This document shows, piece by piece, positions 42,001 to 54,760 of a stretch of 64,000 nt of DNA. The notes beneath the pieces are model-generated. The model worked only from the letters and a program-made list of their open reading frames with translations, was not told where the DNA came from and did not search any database. How positions within the stretch are numbered: the first letter of the stretch is position 1; each line of letters starts with the position of its first letter. The DNA is from Marsupella aquatica. Lineage: Eukaryota; Plantae; Marchantiophyta. The translations under genes were made by a program, and so were the position numbers. The DNA lies in assembly GCA_973895155.1 (NCBI GenBank), contig OZ316896.1, positions 2,046,001 to 2,110,000 on the forward strand, in the 5' to 3' direction.

Positions 42001-45000
42001 AAGTGAGTGGAAAAGCCTGCCTGGCAGGTCTACCACACCTAGGCTAGGTCCTCTGATGGGAGCTGAGTCGGAAAAGCCTACATAAATGACCGGTGACAGA
42101 GCCCTTTATAGTGTGTAGTGGCAGCTGTGGTTAAGAATGTGCTCACAAGTATCGAGAAGACAACAACAACAACGAATTTGCAGCTTTTGTTTTGCTCTAA
42201 AGCTGTTTGCTCTAAAGCTGTTTCTAGATTAAAAAAATGCAAAAAAACTGAGAAGACGCCTGTGTGTTTCATTACAATAAAGTGTCCCTCCAAGGAAAAT
42301 AAAATACAATATGGTCACATAACTATCGTCACCCGTACACTACATAGCACAACTGCACAACTCCAAATTCTTCAAAATCAGTGCACGGGACCACAATGCA
42401 GCATTGGGGTACACGCCATAAATGCTAACATGGAACAAACAGGAGCAGGTATAATTAAGTGTGTCTGTACAGTCCCGTGTGGGGGACTTGCAATATGTGA
42501 TAAGTGCAACCTATATAATTGTGCACTTATCAATAAGAGTGTACCCCTTGTGATGTGAGCACTCTTGTGACTCGCAATCCAAATAGTACATTCGTGCCCT
42601 AGATTTGGTGTCCTTCTCCATAATTACATGTTTATTCACCAAAAAAGGACATGCACTTATCAATAACAATTTGATGGGATTATGTGCTTAATAAGTATGC
42701 GTACAGGATGTGCACTTATAAAGTCATTCTTTAGGCAAAAACTCTCACGCATGTAGCACTTACCAAAGGTGCCAAAAAAGTGCAAACTCCAGGTAAAATA
42801 AAAGGGAAGAACAGGATACCTTCAGTTAGCTAGTTTTTACAGTTATGGATTGTGCACTAACAAAGAGCCAACCTTATAAGAAATATACACATACTTTTTA
42901 CAGAAAAAGGTCAAATAGAGTACAAAAGAATAAACAAGAGAGGTCCCAAGTGGACAAAACCAAATGCAAAAGAAGTGAGCAAAAGGAAACCCTAAAAACC
43001 AAGAAAGAGGAACTAAAAGAAGTGAGCAAAAAGAAACCCCTAAAAACCAAGAAAGAGGAACTAAAATTACCGCAAATGGACCGAGGTTCTCATCATACCT
43101 AGCAAATGTGGCAACAAGCTAGTGGTCTACATCAAATGTCGAAACTAGATCGGCAAGTGGGACAGGAATGTCCTCTAGGGAATTATAAGCATTGGGAACT
43201 TCCACTGAGCTAGCACCTCACTGTTCTGGATTAGCTCCCTTACAAGCATTAAGGCATCCATAAGGATGGTTCCATAAACTAATCCTGTACTAGTGCAATG
43301 CCTATACTAAATGTGATAGATGATTGGGAAGAGTAATTTCTCTCACTCATCCAGTTGAATTCAGTAAGAGCTCGAGATATGGGCAGTCAAATGGGTGTGA
43401 CCTCAAAATGTGTGTGACCTCAAAACTTTCCACATGATTATCAGATAGCGCATAAATGATTTTCCATGCAATTATATTGGTGGTGCTTACTATGGATAAA
43501 CGAGGCCTTTTTCCTGGGAGCCTGCGCTTATTCAGCAGAGATGGTAGCCTACAGGTGAGGTAGAAGCTCACATAGCCGAAATAGAATCTGAGCTGAAAAG
43601 CACTTTACACACATAATTGCTTACAGAAGATACTTTCCAAGTTCACTCTGTTCACTGAACCCCCATCTTTATCACACAGTTTTCAGTGCATGCACTTTTT
43701 TCTAGCTTGTTCAAAATGTGCTTCAGTCTATAACGTAGTGCATATGATTGGAGATGGCAAATATCCAAAAATGGGAGAAACTCGTTGGGGACAAGTGCGC
43801 ATGATTTTCCTCCAATTTTAACACGGTTAACTTTTCTGGTTTTCAGCACGGGAAAAACTCGGTATTGAGTTGACACGCGTTACTTTCACTTCTAGATTCC
43901 CAGCGCACCCCTTCAACCGGCGTGCGGGGCCACCGGCCACCGGCCCCATGGCCGAGGGAGAGCCGGGGCTCGAAGACGGAGGCCAAGCCAGTGGGGCCGA
44001 CGCAGCTGGGGAACTGCGCCGCCATGGCAGGGCTGGGAGCCTGGGAAAGCCGCGGCCCACAGATTTGGCCCTGCCTGCGCCGTTGCCGGACCGACCAGAC
44101 GCACAATCATTCATTCCTTCTTTGTTCTTTGTTGTGTTTCTCCCCTTCGTTTGATGACTCGTGATGAGAGTTTTTTATTGACGAAAATTCGCTAGTTTAC
44201 ACGCCTTTGAACAGTCGCTTCCACCTTTGGTAGCCACACTAGTTTTTTTCCTTTCCATGGGCTTATCTGTTACAAACCTTTCGTAAGCCAGAATCTAACA
44301 ATTAGCTAGTATAGATTTGGCAATCAGAAATTAAATATAAGAAAATTAGCTAAGAAATATTCCTGTCCTCTTCCCCTTTACACAAGGTGACATTTGATCG
44401 GAAATTAATCTAGGAAAATTAGTTAAAAATTAATCCTAACATGTCTTCCTTCACACAAGTGACATTCGATCAGAAAGTAATATAGGAAAATGAGTTATGA
44501 AAGAAGGCAAAAGAGAAGGAAAACTTAAAAATGACGCTGCTTGTGATTAGTGGAGAAAGATTCATATCAGTGTTTTCTCGAGTGGCAAAAAATTGCTAGA
44601 TTCCACCTGTGCAAAAATGTCTTGGTCACCTTTGGCACAAATTTGTTAGCTTTTGTTTCTTCTGTTAGTCAACCCCATATAGCCAGAATCTGAATTGTCA
44701 TCCTTATATCTAGTGAGTTTGTACATTTACAAAAATAGTTTTAAAAATTACATTAAGAATATTCTTAGCATCTTCTTTTTCATACAAAATGACATTGACC
44801 GCTATGGCGAAAAAGAGAAAACCTTACAAATCAGGTTACTCACTCATGATTGGTTGGGAGTGTCAATGATGCATGCATGCAAAGACTTCCCTACAGGAGG
44901 CCCCAAAGTGTTTGAAGCACTCTCAGGGGTCATCTCCATTAGGTAATCAATTTTGACCCAACCCTTAATTGTACTCTTATGGGCTATTCCCAGGTCTTCT

Positions 45001-46236
45001 TTACAACCCTTGTGGGGTAGGGCTAGGGTAACCCGCAAGGTTTCCCGCCTGAACTTAGAATGGACATCCTAGTGGGGGGAGGGGGGGGGGGGGGGGGTTG
45101 TACTTTGGTGTTGTAAGTGTCAACCGGGGTGTAAACTTTGTTAGGTGTGAACATTCTCTTGTTTTGTTCAATTTGCGTAAGAATCTTCTCTTGCTTTGTT
45201 CAATTTTCAAGGTTAACCGCTCCAAGGGCCCGAAAACTTACTGCCCTTGGTTATCCATCACATTTGCCATGAGGTTGAGGCAATAGAATGTCAATCAATG
45301 GTTAAATGAAACTGGGGAGAGGAACTCAAAGGACATAAATTCAGTACCGAACAAAGGTTATGCCACTGGGGAGAGGGAACTCAAAGGACATATATTTGTT
45401 AATATGGAACAAAGGTTACTGTTGTGTAATGATTTCTGGAGGCCCTTGCTATATCCATAATCTCATGCCTGGAAAGTCTCGTTCATTAACTCTTTCCCAA
45501 ATTGTATTGACTTACCATAAGAACGGCCTGGGCTAGGGTTCTAGTCCACAGAACTATTCTTCACTGTCTTTCTGGTCACTGGTATACAGTCTAGTAACCC
45601 TTTGTCCTGATCCTATATTTTGCACATGCACTGAGTTAGGGCAGGAAACTTGAAGTACTGTCCTCAATTAGAAGGACTTTGCACATGCACTCAGTTGAAG
45701 ACAGGAAACTTATAGTACTCTGCCAATGCATGCACAGGCTGTTTGGGTCCTCATCTGCCCCTTTTGGCAGCAGGTGTTAGTTCCATTACAAATTGCTCAG
45801 GCATTCACTATTCTTTGTGACCTTCCTAAGTATGCAATTTACTCCAAAGCTTGCAGTTTGTTGCTCAGAATGGTTTTAGTTCTTTTGCCACTATTGTGCT
45901 TTTCAGGTGATAAGCTTTTTGGCCCTTTGGTCTTCTTGGGGTTTATTTTCCTTGCCACTTTTGCCTTTGGGATACTGTATATATATTTTGCATACCAGTG
46001 TTAATCACCAAATAAAAATGTTAGTCACACTAATTAAGGTGAATAGTGTGAAGCTCAAGCCAGGATAGACCACCATGTTGGACATTGTGCTCCCATAGAC
46101 CACATTTGGGTGGTCCATTGGAGCTTGGGGCCGATAACTCGATGGTTATGAGTCCCAAAATAATTTTCCAGTTTTGCACCTGCAAGGAAACTAGAGTAAA
46201 CTAGAGTAAGAGGAGACTTTTAAAAAATCAAGCCTA

Positions 46237-46623
46237 CACTGTTCACCGTAATTAATGTTATACAAAAATTAGTGTTGCTACAAAATTAGTGTTACTAACA
46301 CTAATTTTGGTAAAAATGATTTTGAGTCCAAGTAACACTAAATTTTGTCGGTTTTCAAAACATATTTTTTTCACTTTAGTTTAAATTGATTGTAAAAAAT
46401 GAATGATCTTGAATCCAAAGTAACACTAATTGTTGTGGATTTTTCAAAATACAATAATTTTTTTCTCTCTAATTTACCACTCTTAAGACCATAGTAACAC
46501 TAATTCATGTGCGGGAAAATAATGTTAGCACAAAATTAGTGTGACTAACACTAATTTGTTAGTAGACCCTGAAAATGGGGGCTCTTGAATTAGTGTTAAT
46601 CATATTAATTATGGTGAACAGTG
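46237..46623. mobile_element. MITE (Tc1/mariner-type, TA TSD), 387 bp
   Basis: TA-CACTGTTCACCGTAATTAAT ... ATTAATTATGGTGAACAGTG-TA (20-bp TIR, 1 mismatch); AT-rich with internal AACACTAAT/ATTAGTGTT motifs. Related partial copies near 40970-41240 and 46000-46050. Confidence 0.88.
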
Positions 46624-46840
46624 TAAATATTTCGCATTAACACAATGAAAATTAATACAATAGAATACAAAACCCTTGTAATTTTTGAAGAAAAACTCAA
46701 CTCAATCAAAATGCTCAAAACTTCAGTTTGATGGATGTGTAGCTTCCCTACTCCTCCCTCATGGAGTCATGGGGATCCATAACCAAAATATATTTAAATT
46801 TATGAATATCAAGCTATGACAATTAAAATCAAATTTTGGG

Positions 46841-46978
46841 AAATTGGGCCCACGGGGGTCTGTGTAGATTTAATGGAGTATTTAAAAACTGGGCACACTG
46901 GGGGTTGTGTAGATTTAATGGAGTGTTTAAAAATTGGGCACACGGGGGTTTGTGTAGATTTAATGGAGTGTTTAAAAA
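46841..46978. repeat. 45-bp tandem repeat x3
   Basis: Units at 46841, 46886, 46931 (AAATTGGGCACACGGGGGTTTGTGTAGATTTAATGGAGTGTTTAA-like). Confidence 0.95.
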
Positions 46979-48400
46979 ATGGTAGCATGATCTCGATGGG
47001 GCGGATACCTATCCCCGCACGCGTGGCGCTTTAAAAAAATAGTCCTTACGGCTTCTGTTAGGGAAGATTCCCGTCGTCCCGAACATGCAGGCGCCAGAAG
47101 GGGACGACCGAAACAGCGAAGAAGGAGGAGGCATTCAGCAAAAAGCAAACAGCGGAATTAAATTTTCGAATGAATGATCGTTTCATCAGGCTTCAGCGTC
47201 CTCCTCCACTCTGTGTACTGTTCTACAGTCCTGCGCTGTGCCTGCTGCTGATTCCTGCAGTCATCCGCTGGTGTGACAGTACTGTAGTAGTAGTGTGTCA
47301 CTCTGGTGCCTCTACAGATGGACAGCACCCACCTCACCAGAACGATGATGACAGACTCGTGAGACAATCTCGCTGTGTGCGTGGGCAAGCACTGGACTAG
47401 TAGTACTCATCGCGAGACTGGCCTTGCTGAGGTCTTTCTCCCCGTCGATGGATTGGATTGGGCTGGATTGGAATATTAATTGGATTCGGAAAGAGCCTCA
47501 CCAGGCACCAGCTGTTGTTGTTGGGTTGTGGATGATAACAAATCAGCACTGGTCTACACAAGGTCGGTAAAATTTGGAAGAAGAAGAAGCGCAGTGGGAG
47601 TGGGACCGCTTTCTCGACCAACATTCGCTTGTGCGTAGAAGAGCATGCGCCCGAGGGAGAATCGAATCGAAGAGCGCTCCGGTCGGTGATGCCTGGAAAC
47701 GTGTGGAAAGGCTCGTCGCGGTCGGGGTGCTTTAGTTTGTTGAGCGGAAAAGCTTGATCCTCGTCAGTCTACTGAACCACTGGAGTGCGGTATTTTAGTA
47801 CTTCATGTGATCATGTCGCTTCCTGTGCCGAAGGTTTTCTCGGTCTGGGCTTCTGAAGATGATGCCGAGCTCGTGATATAACTGTGAGCATTGTCGTTAG
47901 GCGGCCGTGTCGGATCTGCCCTACTGTCCCAGGAACGCAGGTCTTCACCGTGAGTGTTCAGGACGACTCCAGGTCTCCGTGGACTCGACCGCTTGAAGAG
48001 AGAGGATGATCTTTGACATTGTGAGGGAGTGATCATTTTTGTCCTATTTCCGAATTTTTGTGCTAGCTTATCGCCGTAGTAATCCGAAAGTCCGAGCGCC
48101 TGCCCAGAAAGATCGCGCATTTTGTTCCCAACGAAGAAACACAGTGAGGACTGCAGAGAGCGAGATCATTTGTTCATGTCTGTCTCCATTATTGTTGGCG
48201 GAGAAAGAAGGCCTGGAGCAGCGACCACGCGCCAGAGTTTGTTGCTGTCTTGTGGATGGTGCCGTTCTGCAATGGAGAGCAAGCAGAGGGCGTATCCTGA
48301 GTCGTGGATGCAGTGACTCTTGAAAATTGCAGATCATCATCTGGAATGAGCACTTCTTTGTAGAAACAGTGTCTAGCTTGTCATCCGGCGGGGGAGGTGC

Positions 48401-51400
48401 ATGGCTCAACAAGCAGCGGGAGCCAACAAGTTCGAAATGTCTTTATTGATCTCGTGGAAGTTGATATTCCTGCTGCTGCTCTCTCTTCTCCAACTCTCTC
48501 CCGGACTTGGACTGTCCCAAGATGGGCTGGTCCTCCTGGAGTTCAAGCGCAGTGTGGACGATAGCCAGGGAAACCTGCAGACGTGGAATAGCTCAGACCT
48601 ATTCCCCTGTGGATGGGCCGGAGTCACCTGCGATCCAACGAGTCAGCAGGTCACGACGATCTATTTGTACAACCAATTTCTCTCTGGTCCAGTTCCTGGG
48701 ATGCTATGTCAGCTGCCAATGCTCGTCTCACTTGTCCTGGGACTTAATTATCTCAATGGGTCCATCCCAACTACGCTCATGGAGTGTAAGCGCTTGGAGG
48801 TTCTCGACTTGAGCTACAACTACATTGTCAGTCCTTTGCCAGATAACATCTACCAGCTTCTGTCCCTCAGAGTGCTGGATCTCGCGTACAACAATTTCAG
48901 CGGTGTGATCCCTGCCAACATCGGTTACCTGCCTGCTCTCCAAAGTCTCAACCTTTCGGCGAACCTCCTCGAGGGGCCCCTCCCTATCGAATTGGGAAAT
49001 CTTAGCAGCCTCGTAGAGCTCGTGCTGGACTACAACAACTTTAGTTGTAACCTTCCTCCAGAGTTGGGAAATCTCATTCATCTTGATCTCCTAAGTGTTA
49101 CGTGGTCAGAATTAACTGGTCAGATCCCAGCTTCTTTGGGGAATACGAATCTCACAGACCTCTTCTTCACTGGAAACGACCTCGTGGGACCAATTCCCCC
49201 CGACCTGGGTAAGCTGAAACGTTTGCAAACCCTAGACTTGAGTCAGAACGCTCTCACAGGTCCTATACCAGACGAACTCATGTACTTCCCAGAGCTTCAA
49301 AACTTCTTACTCTGGCAAAACAACCTGACTGGGGAAATACCCTCTTCTCCCGGGAACCTCAATTCCCTGGAATTATTCGATGTGTCCCTAAATCAATTAG
49401 ATGGACCAATTCCCGAGTGGCTTTCCGTGATTCCTAGTTTGGCTCTTTTTCAGGCCTTCATGAACGGCCTCACTGGTGGCATTCCTCTGGGTTTCGGTTC
49501 TCTTCCAAACCTTTATTGCTTCAAACTGTTCAGCAATCATCTCACGGGCAGCATTCCCCAGAATCTGGGAGAGTCTTCGGTTTTAGAAAATCTCGATCTG
49601 TCATCAAATCAACTCGATGGACATATTCCTCCAGGTCTCTGCGCTGGAGGAAACCTTACGCGTTTGAATCTGTTCGAGGTGAACATTTCAACTCTTCTTA
49701 TTTGGATGTTGCCAGCATATTCTGCGTCGCCCTGGTCCTGCTTTTTCTCTCCCTCGTTCTCTCAGTGCTAGATTGCTATTTTCTGCATTCCGTCCGTGTA
49801 TCAGTATACGCTCTAGTTTACTAATTGCTCACGAGCGGAGTGGCAGACTAGTCTTTCGCGGTCCTTTCGCACTCACCGTTTGGCCCATCTGATTACCACA
49901 GGTTCTCTCACTATCGTCAGTCTTAGCTGTTCATTTAGTCTGTCAACTTAAGTGTTTTTAAGGTCCTCCCACATTTGATTGTTTTCCACAACTGTTGTCT
50001 CACTCAAGTAGCTCATTCTGCAGGGATGTGAGGCATTTGCCTTTCTTCTTGTGTTTGTGCCTCGCTATCCGTGTGATGCTTACTTGTGTGGATGTTCGTT
50101 TTGCAGAACCAATTGTCTGGCCCTATTCCCATGGGTCTCGGAAGTTGCCACTCCCTTCAGAAGTTCCGTGTTGAGAACAACCAGCTCGCTGGCCCCATTC
50201 CTGACGGCGTATGGAGTTCTCCGAACATGGTGTACTTGTCTCTTTCCGACAATCTCCTGAGTGGGAGTATCGCGTCGAGTATTGGCAACGCCTTCGCATT
50301 GGAAGCGCTGCATATCGCAGGCAATCAGTTCACTGGTTTGCTACCCCTTACGATTGGGAACCTTCCTAATCTGACAGAGTTTCGGGCATCATCGAACGCT
50401 CTGCAAGGAAACATTCCCACGGAGCTCGGGCAGTTGCAATGGCTGTCTACGCTGGAACTAGGACTGAACTCGTTTAATGGGTCGATTCCCCACGAAATTA
50501 GCCAGTGCCTTAGGCTGGATAAGCTGAACCTATCGAACAACCACCTGAGTGGTGGGATCCCCTGGGAGCTCGGTGACTTGCCGTCGCTCAATACTCTAGA
50601 TCTCTCTTATAATGACCTCTCCGGACCCCTTCCCCCTCAGCTCGGGAAACTTCAGCTCACCGAATACAATTTTTCGTTCAACAACTTAACAGGCCCTCTG
50701 CCTGCCCCATTCAACCTCACTTTGCTCCCGTCCAGCTTTGTAGGGAACCCCGGTTTGAATCTGTGTAACAACGACGGAAGTCTTTGTAGTGTTCCCGAGA
50801 CGAGCGTCCCCAATTCTAAATCGAACCACGCCGCCATAGCATGGGCCATTGGAGCTTCGTTCGCTGCTGTTGCAGCGATCCTCTTCGTGGGAGCTTGCTG
50901 TCTCTGGAGACGGTACTATGTTAGCGTGTACTACTGGACGGACCGGCGAAGTGATAAGGATTTAACTTGGAGCCTGAGATCTTTCCAGAAGGTGAACTTC
51001 ATTCAGGAGGAAGTGATGGAAAAGTTGAGCGAGAGTTGTTTGATAGGCAGTGGTGGGTCCGGAAAGGTTTACAAGGTGGATCTGAGCAACGGGCAGTCTG
51101 TAGCTGTGAAAAAACTCGAAGCCCGATATGACAACGGTTTCGTTGCGGAGGTCGAAACTCTTGGGAAAATCAGGCATCGGAACATTGTGAAGCTCCTCTG
51201 CTGCAGTTGGAATTACGAGTCCAACGTCCTCGTCTACGAATTTATGCCGAATGGGTCACTCGGGGACTACATCCATAACTCCAAATGCGCTTCAGTCCTG
51301 GGCTGGGACACTCGTTACAAAATTGCAATTGGAGCTGCTGAGGGGCTAGCGTATTTGCACCATGATTGCGTACCTCCTATTGTTCATCGTGATGTAAAAT

Positions 51401-51924
51401 CGAACAATATTCTATTAGATTTTGACTTCGAGGCCCATCTTGGCGATTTCGGCCTTGCGAAGCCCTTCGTGGAGAAATCCATGTCCACTGTTGCTGGATC
51501 CTATGGCTACATTGCCCCAGAATATGGCTACACTTTGAAAGTGTCGGAGAAGGCTGACATCTACAGCTTTGGGGTCGTTCTACTGGAGCTGGTGACTGGG
51601 AAGAAGCCGATCGAGCCTGAGTTTGGAGATCAGGATATCGTCAAGTGGGTTTCTAAGAAGATCGAGACCAAAGCTGGAGCTGTGGGCATTCTGGATCAGC
51701 AAATCAGGGCCTCTTCGCAGGAGAGCATGATGCTTGTGCTTAAAGTTGGTCTGTTGTGCACCAGCTTTTTACCTTCCAACCGCCCGTCCATGCGAGATGT
51801 GGTGCCGATGCTTCTGGAAGCTTCTCCAAGAAGATATCGGTCTTCTCGGAGCTTGAATTCGCAGGTTAGCGAGTGTAAGATTAGTGTGGACCCTCCCATT
51901 TTCTCTGTAGTTGAGAAATCCTAG
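48401..51924 (+). CDS. LRR receptor-like kinase, subfamily XI, HAESA/HSL-like, about 1031 aa, 2 exons
   Basis: Exons 48401-49678 and 50107-51924 (phase-0 GT-AG intron). Signal peptide, LRRNT CGWAGVTC, about 20 plant LRRs (LxxLxLxxNxLxGxIP), FVGNPGLNLC cap, TM AIAWAIGASFAAVAAILFVGACCLW, juxtamembrane WSLRSFQKVNF, IGSGGSGKVYK, AEVETLGKIRHRNIVKL, RD kinase HRDVKSNN/DFG/GYIAPEY. Confidence 0.93.
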
Positions 51925-52401
51925 AGCACTAAGTAGCACCGAAGAGCACCCAGTCTGAGCTCTGAAAGGCCGCCCTCAACCCGTCAAAAAACGCAGAGAG
52001 GTAGCAAGGATCGAAGAGCATAAGGAGATTACTGTCTCGAGGAAATCTAGGGGAACACATCTGATCAAGGCTACGATGGCAGTCTATTAATCAATTGCAG
52101 TACAATTTGACCCGTGGTGAGTGGTCTGAGCTTTCCGTTCACGTATAAATTCGTCATGCTGCTCTGCTGGCTTTTGGGAAGCTTGCGACTCCCCGTTCAC
52201 TCACTAACCAAAATGTTCGTTCGTCTGGGTTTGCGTAGATCCGTCCTGCGGATCGTCCACTCGAAATAAGTGTCGACGTTAACTTAGATTGTTATCATGA
52301 AGCTGATCAATATTTCAATACTTAGGCCCTAACCGGTCTACCGCACAGTAATAGCGGTCTACGCCATTGCAGAGAGCATGGATAAGAGTGTTTTTGTTTC
52401 T

Positions 52402-54760
52402 TTATTTTACCTTAAATTGTTTCTGAAGAATTCCATTCATAAAATAGTACCCACTACCCAGCCCGCCAAGAAGGGGCAATGCCCGAGGAAAAGCTGAGGC
52501 ATCGGATAGAAGTTGTTTCTGACACTGGCACTGATGGCACTGATGGCACTGGCATAGTGGCATTCCTAGTAGAACTGTAGGAAAGCGCCGCATAGTGGTG
52601 GAGCCACTCTGTACATTACGGATGGAAAGTCCAACTTCAATTATTGTATTGAACGAGGAATTGTTACTGTTCCCATTTTGTCGTCCTCTCTGGAAGTTTG
52701 AGCATGTGCATGTTATTTTAATGCCCATTCCCTCGTCTGCCTCACCCTCAACGGATTTGACTGTCGATGGTACCACCCGTACACATATGAGTGTACTTGC
52801 ATTTGAAGGTGAAAAGTTGTCACCAATTAAAACATGGGAGATGGCTGAGAGAGCGTTACATGCACCCTCATCAATCTGTCGGGACGAATATGCCGGCAAA
52901 TGATCTGCCGAAGCAAGGATAAATGAGGCGCCGAGTAAACGAACCTGTGCCAAGTTGGTCTGTGCAGGAGAAGAATGTATGAAAAGAATTGAGTAATGTG
53001 AGTAGGACCAAATACTAGACAGTTTACTACGAAGAAGGGGATGCAGAAGTGGGTGCGTTTCTAATCACCAGAGTAATTTTATTATGTTAGCTCTCCCAAT
53101 GAGACTTTATCCATCTCGAAATTGTGAATCCTAGGAAGCTTTATATTTCAATCATATCAATCATACAAGAGTGAGAGATACACATTGTTCGCCCTGAAAA
53201 GAGAGTGCTCTACTGGACATGTGGAAGCAGAAAAGTTTTCTGAACTAGACCTGGTAGATCTTTGTGTTGATAGCTGATTCCAAGGTCAGCTTATAGGACG
53301 ACAAATAGACATTGCCGAACGTTTACCTTGTGAACTGAAGAAGCACGAACTCTTTTATTGGGAGTGGGATAGTACAGTAGCGATTGGTTGGTGACACTGC
53401 ACAACAAGGCAAAGAGCACCCCAAGGCAAAGAGCAGGGATTTTTTATGTGTCTATCGGCAAGATGTGTAAACATGTCGCGCTTCACTGGGTAACATGTGT
53501 CAAAAGAAATAACAATACATAGGGACATGAAGTTTATTGCAAGTGCCGGTTTGGATTAGTTTCGGGGTAGTAGAGTTATTGTGTCAACCAGCACTAGGAT
53601 AATGTAGGTTGGGGCCTTTATCCTATGTCCTCTCATAGTTTTAGAGCAACACGAGATCCTTGTCGGTAAGGAGGAAAGTACGGTTTGAAGGACGGAAATC
53701 TCTGGTGGAGTTGATCACTTAATTCACAAAATGCTCAACCTGCGCACTTATCTCACAATGAAAATTGCTGATACATTATGAATCTGTCACCTCAGCGTGG
53801 AATAGGACTTCATTTATTGCTTGGAAAGGAATCAGCCTACCGATTGACCTCAATTACTTCTCGTCATCACTCTGTCGAACCCTCTTGAAGACGAGCAGCA
53901 GCTTTAGGTACGACGATCGTCAGTTCCACTTCCCGTAACCAGTCTGACTATGCCGGGAAAAGCACTTGCTGGGGCTCTGCCGGCAGTCAACACATTCCGT
54001 CAGCTGCAAGTCTGTTTTGTCAGGACCAATTGGTGACATTTCTCGTTAAACACTGCCTATGCTCTCTTTTCCTCTTGTCTCCATGTTCACATATCGTTCA
54101 GTTCACTAGTACTACAGTTTGTCCTCATTAATTCCATTCTTAAGCTCAGTTAATTTCTACTTGCCCGCATTCCAAGTCCGGTTGTGGTGCATGGCCAATT
54201 CCTCAACGATCCTCCCGAAGGTACCTAGTCTTGACTTTGGAACTTCCATTTCCAGCTTTAGTGCTTCACAAGATTGTAAGCTTGTGTCTGGTCTTCTGGG
54301 TTCTTCAATTTGCTTGTTTATTTGTTTCTAGCACTAACAGGAGGATTTTTCTTTGGATAGAATACGAGTCAGATCTCTAGCTTTGTTAGTAAAGGTGCCG
54401 TTACCGTAATTAGGAATCAATGCCTTTTGCTGGCGTAGTTGGATGTAATTTCAAGGCTTCGGTTGCAAATTTGTTTGGGAGGTTCCGCCAGAGCTGGGCT
54501 TACCTTTCAAAAAAAGACCTCCAGACAATTGATCACAAATTTAAGGACTGGAGGTACCAGCTTAGTATGGAAATCGTGATCTTTTGTTTCTTTCCAGAAC
54601 CGTCAAATAATTGCAATGAACTCTCAAGAGATCTCTTCGATAAGTGTGGGAAGAATTTCTTCAAGGGATTTGGACGAGATTTGCTACTGGGCTGCCATGG
54701 AGTGGTCCCCGTAGAGTTGAGTTGGCAACCATCAATACAAGGTCGAGTGATCAATTACGC
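52402..54760 (-). pseudogene. Probable degraded spliced gene, possibly U-box/ARM (PUB)-like
   Basis: Strong acceptor (TTCTTCTCCTGCACAG) before a 183-codon open stretch; upstream protein-like frames interrupted by TAG/TGA, containing ALIPNY and GIVRLVTGSGTD..KAAARL. Family assignment is weak. Confidence 0.3.

Noticed and set aside
45073-45098. Poly-G tract as a functional G-quadruplex (similar G/C runs near 10115, 18707, 41079)
   Set aside because: Simple homopolymers recur in the intergenic DNA here, with no positional evidence for function.
46816-47034. 72-aa ORF with CVDLMECLK repeats
   Set aside because: Translation of a 45-bp tandem repeat; no independent coding evidence.
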